The notes below the pieces were generated by a model. It did no database searches. It saw only the letters and a program-made list of their open reading frames with translations, and was not told the origin of the DNA. 64,000 bases of DNA. Source: an uncultured Gemmatimonadales bacterium. Its GTDB lineage: Bacteria > Gemmatimonadota > Gemmatimonadetes > Gemmatimonadales > GWC2-71-9. Shown here in pieces: positions 42,701 to 50,607 of the stretch. The translations under genes and the position numbers were made by a program. Where the stretch lies: NCBI GenBank assembly GCA_963795085.1, contig CAWCFX010000006.1:96001-160000 (forward strand), in the 5' to 3' direction. Numbering within the stretch: the stretch's first letter is position 1; each line of letters starts with the position of its first letter.

Positions 42701-42793
42701 GTCATGTTCCCCTTTTCCAGGCCTCACGGCCCCCTGATCTGTCCCGTGGATGCTGCAATGTAATTCGTCCCGCCGGGCGCGCGCAGCGGCGGA

Positions 42794-42904
42794 TCAGCCT
42801 CCCTCGAGTGAGGGCCGGATATCCTCCCTCGGCCCCGCCAGCACCCGCTCGGCGGCGTCCACCCGTTCTTCCAGTTCCTTGACCCGTTGCTGGTCCGCCT
42901 CCCC
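42794..42904 (-). pseudogene. Eleventh array unit: coiled-coil-only remnant, in frame after the TAG of the previous gene
   Basis: GEADQQRVKELEERVDAAERVLAGPREDIRPSLEGG*; no TM segment and no start of its own at the 5' end. Confidence 0.7.
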
Positions 42905-43246
42905 CTACCCGGGCAGACGCTCGGTATTCTGCCGGCTCAGCAGCCGCTCGGTAAAATCCACCCGCTCCTCCAACTCCACGAGGCGGTCCTGCAACCCCTC
43001 GAGGTATGCCACTCGCTCCTCGACTTCGGCGACCCGATCGGGGTCCCGTGCGTGCTCCCTGGCGAGGCGGCGGAGGCCGCGTTCTCGGCGGACGCCGAGG
43101 AGGAGAACCGACCCGGCGGTAATCATCGGGTACAGCGCCGCCGGCCCGTCCGTGACTCCGACGAATCCAAGCACGCAGCCGGTTACGACCAGGTGAATGA
43201 CCAGGTCCACCGGATCGAAACCCATCAGCCGCTTAAAGGCCGTCAA
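42905..43246 (-). CDS. Array paralog 10: two-TM protein with coiled-coil tail
   Basis: GFDPVDLVIH, two TMs, ELEERVDFTERLL. Confidence 0.88.
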   Translation of the reverse strand: MTAFKRLMGFDPVDLVIHLVVTGCVLGFVGVTDGPAALYPMITAGSVLLLGVRRERGLRRLAREHARDPDRVAEVEERVAYLEGLQDRLVELEERVDFTERLLSRQNTERLPG

Positions 43247-43527
43247 TGTGCGTCTCTCTGAACCATGGGAACGGACTTCTCCCGGGCCAACAGCCGCTCG
43301 GCAAAGTCCAGTCGCTCTTCTACCTCCTCCAGGCGGGCCTCCGCCTGCTCCGCTCCCAGCAGCCGCCGTTCGAGATCCTCCACCCGCTGGACCAGGTCGG
43401 GATCGGCCCGGCCGGTGCCTTCGAGCCGGCGGCCCAGGGCCCGTCCGATCGGCCCCCGGAGGACCAGGACGACCGAACCCGCCACGATGAGCATCGCGAG
43501 GAGCGGACCAGCGACTTCAGGATTCAC
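43243..43527 (-). CDS. Array paralog 9: one-TM protein with coiled-coil tail
   Basis: TM, GPIGRALGRRLEG, EVEERLDFAERLL. Confidence 0.88.
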   Translation of the reverse strand: MNPEVAGPLLAMLIVAGSVVLVLRGPIGRALGRRLEGTGRADPDLVQRVEDLERRLLGAEQAEARLEEVEERLDFAERLLAREKSVPMVQRDAH

Positions 43528-43811
43528 CGGCTGGCTCCCTGGTCAAGTCCGCCCGCATCGTCCCTGCCCTGGACCAGCAGCCGTTCCGAGAAATCCATGC
43601 GTTCCTCCACCTCGTTCACCCGCGCGTGCAACTGCTCCAACTCGGCGATGCGACTCCGCAGGTCTTCCAGTTCCCGAATGGTGTCGGGGGTGACGGTCTT
43701 TCCCTCCAACCGGCGTTGAAATACCCGAACCCCCACAAAACCGGCATAGAAGAGGAGGGGAAATCCCATCATCATGATGACCGCTATCGCGACCTTGAGG
43801 AGGTCATCCAT
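43524..43811 (-). CDS. Array paralog 8: one-TM protein with coiled-coil tail
   Basis: TM, RRLEG, EVEERMDFSERLL. Confidence 0.88.
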   Translation of the reverse strand: MDDLLKVAIAVIMMMGFPLLFYAGFVGVRVFQRRLEGKTVTPDTIRELEDLRSRIAELEQLHARVNEVEERMDFSERLLVQGRDDAGGLDQGASR

Positions 43812-44095
43812 CAGCGCAGTTGCTCCGGTTCCCGCTGGGCCAGCATCCGCTCAGTGAAGTCGAGCCGCTCCTCCAGTTCGGCCAGCCGGGCCGCCGGAAC
43901 CCCCTCGGCCGGGGTGCGCTGGAGCAGCGCCTCCAGCTCGGCCACCCGGTTCTCCAGGTCCACCATCCGCCGGGGTGCGCCGCCCGCTTTCGATTCGATC
44001 CAGCGGCCAACCGCCCTGGCAATGGGCCCGAAGAAGATGCCCACCATCGTGAGGCCGATAGCGCCGTACATGGCAAATTCACCGAGCTCGCTCAT
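43811..44095 (-). CDS. Array paralog 7: one-TM protein with coiled-coil tail
   Basis: TM, GPIARAVGRWIE, ELEERLDFTERML. Confidence 0.88.
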   Translation of the reverse strand: MSELGEFAMYGAIGLTMVGIFFGPIARAVGRWIESKAGGAPRRMVDLENRVAELEALLQRTPAEGVPAARLAELEERLDFTERMLAQREPEQLR

Positions 44096-44445
44096 CGGGG
44101 CTCCTCGATTCGGTCGGGGCGCCCCTGGGCCAGCAGGCGCTCGGCGAAATCCACCCGTTCTTCCAGTTCATAGATGCGCTGCTGAGCCGCTTCCAGGTCG
44201 GCAACCCGGTGCTCCAGGTCCAGGTTGTACTCCCCGGATGGCGCGGCCGGCGATCCCAGTGCTCCCCGCTTCCGGGCCCAGTGCCGGCGCCATGCCAGGA
44301 CCCCCAGGGACCCCGCGAACACGGCCCCGATCATCATGTCTTCGTGTTGCCGATTGATACTGGAGAGGACCACGGCAATGCACATGGTGATCCCGGCCTG
44401 AATCAGGAAATCCACTCCGTCAATGCCCAGCCAACGTTGGATCAT
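44092..44445 (-). CDS. Array paralog 6: two-TM protein with coiled-coil tail
   Basis: Start trimmed to MIQRWLGIDGVDFLIQ; ELEERVDFAERLL. Confidence 0.88.
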   Translation of the reverse strand: MIQRWLGIDGVDFLIQAGITMCIAVVLSSINRQHEDMMIGAVFAGSLGVLAWRRHWARKRGALGSPAAPSGEYNLDLEHRVADLEAAQQRIYELEERVDFAERLLAQGRPDRIEEPR

Positions 44446-44762
44446 CGCGGCGCCCTCGTGGCTTCGTCCCGGGCCAGCACCCGCTCCGTGAAATCCAGGC
44501 GCTCCTCGAGTTCGACGATGCGACCCTGCCGGTCCTCGAGCCTGCTGACACGGTCGTGAAGGACCGTCTGCTCCATCCCGGAGGACGGTCTTCCCCTCGA
44601 TCTGATGCGGCGGGCAAAGGCCCGCCCCACCGGCCAGCACAGCACCAGCACTCCGGCCATGACGGACAGCACTATCAGCGCCGCCACTGCGGGCGGCAGG
44701 TGGGGGCCGGGAAAGAGCCAGATCACCGGATCCGGCGGTACGGGCGCCTGGAGAGTGATCAT
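44442..44762 (-). CDS. Array paralog 5: Pro-rich N-terminus, one TM, coiled-coil tail
   Basis: LQAPVPPDP, WPVGRAFARRI, ELEERLDFTERVL. Confidence 0.88.
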   Translation of the reverse strand: MITLQAPVPPDPVIWLFPGPHLPPAVAALIVLSVMAGVLVLCWPVGRAFARRIRSRGRPSSGMEQTVLHDRVSRLEDRQGRIVELEERLDFTERVLARDEATRAPR

Positions 44763-45115
44763 CTTCCCTCCTCTAACTTCTCCGCCTCGCGAACCCGGGT
44801 GAGCAGGCGCTCGGCAAAGTCCAGCCGCTCCTCGAGCTCCAGGATCCGCTGCTGTCCTGCCTCCAGCTCCGCGATCCGGTCGTCAAGTTCCTCGACGCGT
44901 TCGGCGGGGAGGGCGACGGTCTCCTCCGCGGCCAGGGCCCGGGTACGCCGCCAGGCCAGGAGCGCCAGCGAGGAGGCGAACACGCCGGACATCAGCATGT
45001 CTTCAACCCGTCCCTCGCTGGCCTCGGAGAGCAGGGCGGCGACCCCCAGGGTCACCAGCACATGCACGGCAACGTCAAAGAGATCCATCCCGAACAGTTT
45101 CCAGCGGGTCTTCAC
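44759..45115 (-). CDS. Array paralog 4: two-TM protein with coiled-coil tail
   Basis: GMDLFDVAVH, LAWRR, ELEERLDFAERLL. Confidence 0.88.
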   Translation of the reverse strand: MKTRWKLFGMDLFDVAVHVLVTLGVAALLSEASEGRVEDMLMSGVFASSLALLAWRRTRALAAEETVALPAERVEELDDRIAELEAGQQRILELEERLDFAERLLTRVREAEKLEEGR

Positions 45116-45480
45116 GGGCCGATCTCCCGGGGTTCCGCCTTGCGGGCCAGTAGCCGCTCGGCAAAGTCCATTCGTTCTTCCAATTCATTCATTCGGCCCT
45201 GGTGTGCCTCGAGGTCAGCCACCCGGGTTCGCAGGTGGTCGAGTTCCTCCAGTACCGCCGGGTCCTGCCCTCTGCCCTCGATGCGCCGGGCGATCGCCCG
45301 AACCAGGGGCCAGAGAATTACCACCGCGCCGGCGACGACACCCAGAACAATGAGCACGAAGACGGGCGCCGGCAGCACTTCCCATGGCGCGGGTGTTCCA
45401 TGGGGGAAGGGAGGAAACTGCTGGACCAGGACCTGGTCCGGCGACGGGGGCGCGGGAGGCGCCACTTGCAGGAGGGTCAT
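45112..45480 (-). CDS. Array paralog 3: Pro-rich N-terminus, one TM, coiled-coil tail
   Basis: LQVAPPAPPSPD, WPLVRAIARRIEG, ELEERMDFAERLL. Confidence 0.88.
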   Translation of the reverse strand: MTLLQVAPPAPPSPDQVLVQQFPPFPHGTPAPWEVLPAPVFVLIVLGVVAGAVVILWPLVRAIARRIEGRGQDPAVLEELDHLRTRVADLEAHQGRMNELEERMDFAERLLARKAEPREIGP

Positions 45481-45728
45481 GATCCCTTTCCGATCTCGCC
45501 CGGCTCGCGGCCCTGGGCCAGTAGCCGTTCAGCGAAGTCCATTCGTTCGTGCAGGTCGCTCAATTCTCGACGCAATTGGTCCAGTTCTTCGTAGATCACC
45601 GGGTCGGGGACGGGGGCGGCGTGCTTCCCCCGCAAACGGTCGGCGACGGCTCGCCCGACCGGACTGAAGGACAGCGCGGTCAGCGTGCCGCCGCCGAAAA
45701 TGAGCAAGATCGCAAGGATGTCTTCCAT
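45477..45728 (-). CDS. Array paralog 2: one-TM protein with coiled-coil tail
   Basis: SPVGRAVADRLRG, DLHERMDFAERLL. Confidence 0.88.
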   Translation of the reverse strand: MEDILAILLIFGGGTLTALSFSPVGRAVADRLRGKHAAPVPDPVIYEELDQLRRELSDLHERMDFAERLLAQGREPGEIGKGS

Positions 45729-45732
45729 TCCT

Positions 45733-46020
45733 TTACTCTCCGGAGAGCGGGGTGGCCGGCCGAGGGCGGCTCAGCATCCGCTCGGCAAAATCAAGGCGCT
45801 CCTGGGCTTCTCCCAGCTGGCGCTGCAGCTCATCAACCTGTTCCCGGAGAAAGCCCAGCTCGGCGCGGAAATCCTCCTCGGCCTCGCCGCTGGTGCCCTG
45901 GATCCTGCGGCCCAGCGCGATTCCGACCGGGCTGTGCATGATGCGCACAACGCCGAAGATGATGCCCCCGGTAATCAGGACCCCGGTGATCATCCCGAAG
46001 ATCGGAATCAGTTCTCCCAT
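45733..46020 (-). CDS. Array paralog 1: one-TM protein with coiled-coil tail
   Basis: Start trimmed to MGELIPIFG; SPVGIALGRRIQG, EAQERLDFAERML. Confidence 0.88.
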   Translation of the reverse strand: MGELIPIFGMITGVLITGGIIFGVVRIMHSPVGIALGRRIQGTSGEAEEDFRAELGFLREQVDELQRQLGEAQERLDFAERMLSRPRPATPLSGE

Positions 46021-46065
46021 GTCGGTTCCGTTCAGTGGTGCGGGTGCAGCCCATCCACGAGGGTG

Positions 46066-46092
46066 TACGGGATGGTGTTCCACAATGTTTCA
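46066..46092 (-). promoter_or_regulatory. Putative ECF sigma (sigmaW-type) promoter
   Basis: Minus strand TGAAAC-N17-CGTA, 45 bp upstream of the first array ATG. Confidence 0.6.
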
Positions 46093-46146
46093 AGTCGGAA
46101 CACCTCAAGGGCGGCCACCGATGCCAAGGTGTTGGCCGCCAGCATG

Positions 46147-46365
46147 TTAGGACACGATTTCAACCGACTGGATCGCCGCCAGCGAAACGGCGATCTCAGT
46201 TTCTTCGGCTCCGGCCGGTCGGAGGAATACCTCATGCGCCGCCATCTCGGGGTCAACGCTGGTGGGCACGCCGACGACTTGAAGGTTTCCGGTTGTCCGG
46301 ATGCGCACGGCCTGCTCATGATCGCCGGCGTATCCCAGTAGAGATACGATCTGGTCGTATTCCAT
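46147..46365 (-). CDS. Small hypothetical protein (72 aa, possible Sm/SH3-like fold)
   Basis: MEYDQIVSLL...AVRIRT...VVG...VD...VFL...VSLAAIQSVEIV; gggga RBS. Confidence 0.65.
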   Translation of the reverse strand: MEYDQIVSLLGYAGDHEQAVRIRTTGNLQVVGVPTSVDPEMAAHEVFLRPAGAEETEIAVSLAAIQSVEIVS

Positions 46366-46446
46366 GGAATCCCCCACGGAAAAAGGGTTGCCTGCGCTTT
46401 CGGCAGAGGATGATCCTTTAACATGCGGCAATGACTCCCCGAACGC

Positions 46447-46475
46447 AAAACCGCCCCCGGGGTCTCCGGAGGCGG
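46447..46475 (-). terminator. Intrinsic terminator after the S9 peptidase
   Basis: Minus strand ccgcctccgg-agacc-ccgggggcgg-tttt. Confidence 0.7.
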
Positions 46476-46493
46476 CCTGGGCCGGCCGTGCCG

Positions 46494-48767
46494 TCAGGTG
46501 GCCGGCCGGGGCTTGGGGTTCATGAGGTGGTCGTTCAGATAGTTGGTAATGAGGGTGAACAGGTGCAGCCGGGTATTGCCCCCGAAGATCCCGTGGTTGC
46601 GGTTGGGATACTCCATCAGGGCGAATTGCTTGTTGGCGGTAACCAGCGAGTTCACCAGCGCCTGGCTGTTCTGGAAGTGCACGTTATCATCGCCGGACCC
46701 GTGCACCAGGAGCAGGTCTCCCCGAAGCTGGTTCACGTAGCTCAGGGGCGAACCCTTGTCGTATCCCTCCCGGTTTTCCTGGGGGAGACCGTTATACCGC
46801 TCGGTGTAGATGTTATCGTAGTATTTCCAGTGCGTTACCGGCGCGACGGCCACGGCGGTCCGGTACACTTCGCCGTGCTGGAAGAGCGTGTTCAGGCTCA
46901 TGAATCCGCCATAGCTCCAGCCCCAGATGCCCATCCGGGTGGAATCCACGTAGGGCCACCGCCCGATGGCCCGGGCCGCAGCGGCCTGGTCCCGGGTTTC
47001 GACCACGCCCATCTGGCCGTAGATGATCTTCCGCCAATCCCGACCCCGCGCGCCGGTCCCCCGGTTATCGACGCTGGCCACGAGGTACCCCTGCTGGGTC
47101 AGGAGCAGAAACCAGAGATACTGGCTGCCCCCCCAGGAGTCGAGCACCGTCTGGGACCCCGGTCCCCCGTACACGAAGAAGAGAATGGGATACTTCCGCG
47201 CCGGGTCGAACCCCGGGGGCTTCATGATCCAGCCGTTGAGGGCAACACCGTCCTCCACCGGCACCTGGAAGAACTCCCGCGGTCCCTCCTTGAGCACCGC
47301 GACCCGTGACCGCAGCCGGGCGTTCTCGACCACGGTGCGCGCCACCGCGTGGGTCGGCAACTGGACCAGCGCGGTGACCGGGGGAACCCCCATGCGGGAG
47401 TGGGTGTGGAAGGCCCATTGAAAATTGGGCGCGACGTTGTAGCTGTTGGAGCCAGGCTGATCCGCCGGGGTCAACCGCTCCGGGCGTCCCCGGCCGTCCA
47501 GCCTGGCGCGGAAGAGGTATCGCTGGGCCGGGTTGTCGGGTGAGGCGACAAAGTAGACAAAGCCGCCCTTTTCATCGATGCCTTGCACGCTGATGACATC
47601 GTATGCGCCGGGCGTCACCAGTTTCACGTCACGTCCGTCCCGGGATACCACGTAAACATGGTTCCAGCCATCGCGTTCGCTGACCCAGGTAAACCGCTGG
47701 CCCCCGTCCAGCCATTCCATGTCGTCGACCACTTCGACCCAGGCCTGGTCCTTTTCCGTGAGAATGGTCCGTACCTGCCCGGTGGCGGCGTCCCCCAGCA
47801 TGAGGTCGAGGGTGTTCTGCAGCCGGTTGAGCCGCTGGACATGGACCTCCCGGGAATTGGCGGCCCAGTCCATCCGGGCGGGATAGTTGTTCCGCGGGTC
47901 GCCCGGCAGCGCCAGCCACTGGGTACCGCCTCCCTTGATGCTGACGATTCCGATCCGGGCCGCCGAGTTGCTCTCGCCGGCCTTGGGATACTGGACCGGC
48001 ACCACGTTGGCGTAAAGCGAGTCGGTGTCGTTGATGAGATTGAAATCGCGGACGCTGTCCGCGTTCAGTTGCCAGTAGGCGATAGACTGGCCGTCCGGGC
48101 TCCAGCGCCAGCCATCCTGGAGACCCAGCTCTTCTTCATAGACCCAGTCGAAGGTGCCGTTGATGATGGTCCGCGAGCCGTTATCGGTGAGCTGGGTGAT
48201 CCGGCCGTCGGTCAGGTCCTCGACGTAGAGATTGTTCTCCCGGACATAGGCGACTTTCCGGCCATCCGGGGAAAACTTCGCGAACATCAGCGTGCTGGGG
48301 CGGGCTGCCGGGCCACCAAGCTTCCGAAGCTGCCAGCTGGTGCGGTTGAGGATCCAGTAATCGCCCCGGGTGTTGGTCCGCCACACCGGTCGCGAGTTGG
48401 TGTAGATCAACACCGCACCCAGGTCGGGAGACCAGCGGTAGTTCTCGACCGCCAGGGGTACCGAGTCGCCTCCGGGCTGGAATCGGGCTGCCGGGATCAA
48501 CACCTCGCGGGCGCCCGAGCGGGTCTCATAGCGCACCAGGTCCCGGCCCCGGCCTTCGGCGGGCCGCTCCAGCGTCGTGTAGGCCGCCCCGTCGTTCATC
48601 CACCGAATGGGACCGAACGTTTCGGACTGAAAATCCTGGGAGGCATGGACCCGGTGCAGGGTCAACAGGCTGGAATCCGCAGCCGGCGTCTGGGCATCAG
48701 CGGCGGATCCGGCGAGAACGCCCAGGGCAACGAGCAAGACAGCGCGGGGACGGAAAGACACGGGCAT
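46494..48767 (-). CDS. Dipeptidyl peptidase IV (S9B family), secreted
   Basis: Signal peptide; DWVYEEE, YPKAG, GWSYGG, HGSGDDNVHFQN, C-terminal H. Confidence 0.95.
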   Translation of the reverse strand: MPVSFRPRAVLLVALGVLAGSAADAQTPAADSSLLTLHRVHASQDFQSETFGPIRWMNDGAAYTTLERPAEGRGRDLVRYETRSGAREVLIPAARFQPGGDSVPLAVENYRWSPDLGAVLIYTNSRPVWRTNTRGDYWILNRTSWQLRKLGGPAARPSTLMFAKFSPDGRKVAYVRENNLYVEDLTDGRITQLTDNGSRTIINGTFDWVYEEELGLQDGWRWSPDGQSIAYWQLNADSVRDFNLINDTDSLYANVVPVQYPKAGESNSAARIGIVSIKGGGTQWLALPGDPRNNYPARMDWAANSREVHVQRLNRLQNTLDLMLGDAATGQVRTILTEKDQAWVEVVDDMEWLDGGQRFTWVSERDGWNHVYVVSRDGRDVKLVTPGAYDVISVQGIDEKGGFVYFVASPDNPAQRYLFRARLDGRGRPERLTPADQPGSNSYNVAPNFQWAFHTHSRMGVPPVTALVQLPTHAVARTVVENARLRSRVAVLKEGPREFFQVPVEDGVALNGWIMKPPGFDPARKYPILFFVYGGPGSQTVLDSWGGSQYLWFLLLTQQGYLVASVDNRGTGARGRDWRKIIYGQMGVVETRDQAAAARAIGRWPYVDSTRMGIWGWSYGGFMSLNTLFQHGEVYRTAVAVAPVTHWKYYDNIYTERYNGLPQENREGYDKGSPLSYVNQLRGDLLLVHGSGDDNVHFQNSQALVNSLVTANKQFALMEYPNRNHGIFGGNTRLHLFTLITNYLNDHLMNPKPRPAT

Positions 48768-48926
48768 GACCTGGTTAGGGGATCGAGGGCAAATACGAAC
48801 TGCGCAGAGTGGAAGTTACAGGGAGAACCGCGGGGTCGCCACGGCATCGCTGACTGGGTGTGGGCAAGGTACGTGCATCAATCTTGCCTTCCGCTGCGGT
48901 TCTTTGGCTATGTCTCGGCGCCGCCG

Positions 48927-49763
48927 CTATCCCCCCGTCTCGCGCAGCGCGATTCGCAACCGCCGCTCCTGCCAGAATACAATCAGCCCGAGCAGGAGCA
49001 GGCTCCCGACCAGGATCGTAGTCGCCAGCACGTTGATCTGGGGCGGGAATGCCGCCCGGCGTGCGCCATATACATAGAGAGGATAGGTGACCCGGCTGCC
49101 GGCGTTGAACAGGGTAATGATGAAATCGTCCAGTGACAGCGCGAATGACAGCATCGCCGCCGCGACGATCCCGGGAGCGATCAGGGGCAGGGTGACGCGG
49201 GTCACCACCCGGAACGGCCGGGCCCCCAGGTCCATGGCCGCCTCCTCCAGGGTCCAGTCAAACCCCCGGATCCGGGCCTTGACCGTCAGCGCCACGTAGC
49301 TGATCGAGAACATGACGTGGGCGATGACGATGGTTGCAAAGCCGGTCGCCACGTTGAACTGGAGGAAAAGCGCCAAGAGCGAAGAACCGAGGACGACTTC
49401 CGGCGTGGTCAACGGCAGCACCAGCAGCAGGTTCAGGGGACGGCTGCCCTTGAAACGGTAGCGGCCCATGGCCAGGGCGATGAGCGTCCCGAAGATCGCG
49501 GCGGCCAGGGTGGACACCCCGGCCACCTTCAGGCTCAGCTTCAGGGCCTCTACCAGCGCGGGGTAGCGAAACGGGTCAGCCCAGGCGTCCAGCGAAAAGG
49601 CCTTCCACACGAAGTTGAACTTCCCCGCCGGTTCGTTGAAGCTGTACAGGACGATGACAAAAATGGGGATGAAGAGATAGAGCAGCACCAGGCCGGCCAC
49701 GAGATCGAGGACCCGGGCCGACCATCGTGCACCGACCATTCCCTCCCCCTTGCCCCCGGTCAT
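48927..49763 (-). CDS. potC: Spermidine/putrescine ABC transporter permease (PotC-like)
   Basis: LEEAAMDLGA EAA motif, SFALSLDDFIIT. Confidence 0.85.
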   Translation of the reverse strand: MTGGKGEGMVGARWSARVLDLVAGLVLLYLFIPIFVIVLYSFNEPAGKFNFVWKAFSLDAWADPFRYPALVEALKLSLKVAGVSTLAAAIFGTLIALAMGRYRFKGSRPLNLLLVLPLTTPEVVLGSSLLALFLQFNVATGFATIVIAHVMFSISYVALTVKARIRGFDWTLEEAAMDLGARPFRVVTRVTLPLIAPGIVAAAMLSFALSLDDFIITLFNAGSRVTYPLYVYGARRAAFPPQINVLATTILVGSLLLLGLIVFWQERRLRIALRETGG

Positions 49764-50602
49764 GCCAGGTCGTCGGTGCCAAGCACCCGGGTGTAGGTCA
49801 GCACCAGGAGTATGACGATCAGCATGAGCACGAATGAAAGCGATGCGGCCAGCGGATAGTCCCGGACGGTCAGGAACTGCCCCTGGATGACCGACCCCAG
49901 CACCCGCTGGTTGGGGCTGCCCAGCAGCTCGGCGTTGATGAAATCGCCGGAAGCGGGGATGAACGTCAGGAGGCTCCCCGCGAACACCCCCGGGAGCGAG
50001 AGTGGAAAGATCACCTTGCGGAAGGCCTGCCGCGGGCTCGAATACAGGTCCTGCGCCGCCTCCACCAGCCGCCGGTCAATCTTCTCCAGGCTGACGTAGA
50101 TCGGGAGAATCATGAACGGGAGAAAATTGTAGGTAAGCCCGCCGACCACGGCCCAGCTGGTGTTGAGCAGGCGGCCTTCGGCGGGGAGCAGGTGAAGCCA
50201 GCCGAGGGCGCTCACCACCATCCCCCCGTCGCCCAGGATGGTCTTCCACGCGAAGGTGCGGACCAGGAAGGTGGTGAAAAACGGGAGAATGACCAGGCCG
50301 AGCAGCAGGTTCTTGAGCCGCCCGGCGCGGAAGGCCATCACGTATGCCAGCGGGTAACCCATGACGAACGCGGCGCCGGTGGCCAGCGCGGCGAATCCGA
50401 AGGACCGGCCCAGGTGATCGCCGTAGACCGTAAAGGCCTGGGCGTACCCGGCGTACCACGGCGCCGGCCCGGCCAGCGAGGTGCGGGCCAGCGCCAGGGT
50501 GGGCAGGACATAAAAGAACAGCAGCCAGGCGATCCCCGGCGCCACCAGCAGGTAGGGCGCCCAGGATGCCTCCCGGGGGCTGGAGCTGCCGACGCCGGCC
50601 AC
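49760..50602 (-). CDS. potB: Spermidine/putrescine ABC transporter permease (PotB-like)
   Basis: GYPLAY, LPFMILPIY.SL.KID..L.EAA.DL. Start approximate (GTG). Confidence 0.85.
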   Translation of the reverse strand: MAGVGSSSPREASWAPYLLVAPGIAWLLFFYVLPTLALARTSLAGPAPWYAGYAQAFTVYGDHLGRSFGFAALATGAAFVMGYPLAYVMAFRAGRLKNLLLGLVILPFFTTFLVRTFAWKTILGDGGMVVSALGWLHLLPAEGRLLNTSWAVVGGLTYNFLPFMILPIYVSLEKIDRRLVEAAQDLYSSPRQAFRKVIFPLSLPGVFAGSLLTFIPASGDFINAELLGSPNQRVLGSVIQGQFLTVRDYPLAASLSFVLMLIVILLVLTYTRVLGTDDLA

Positions 50603-50607
50603 CCGGG

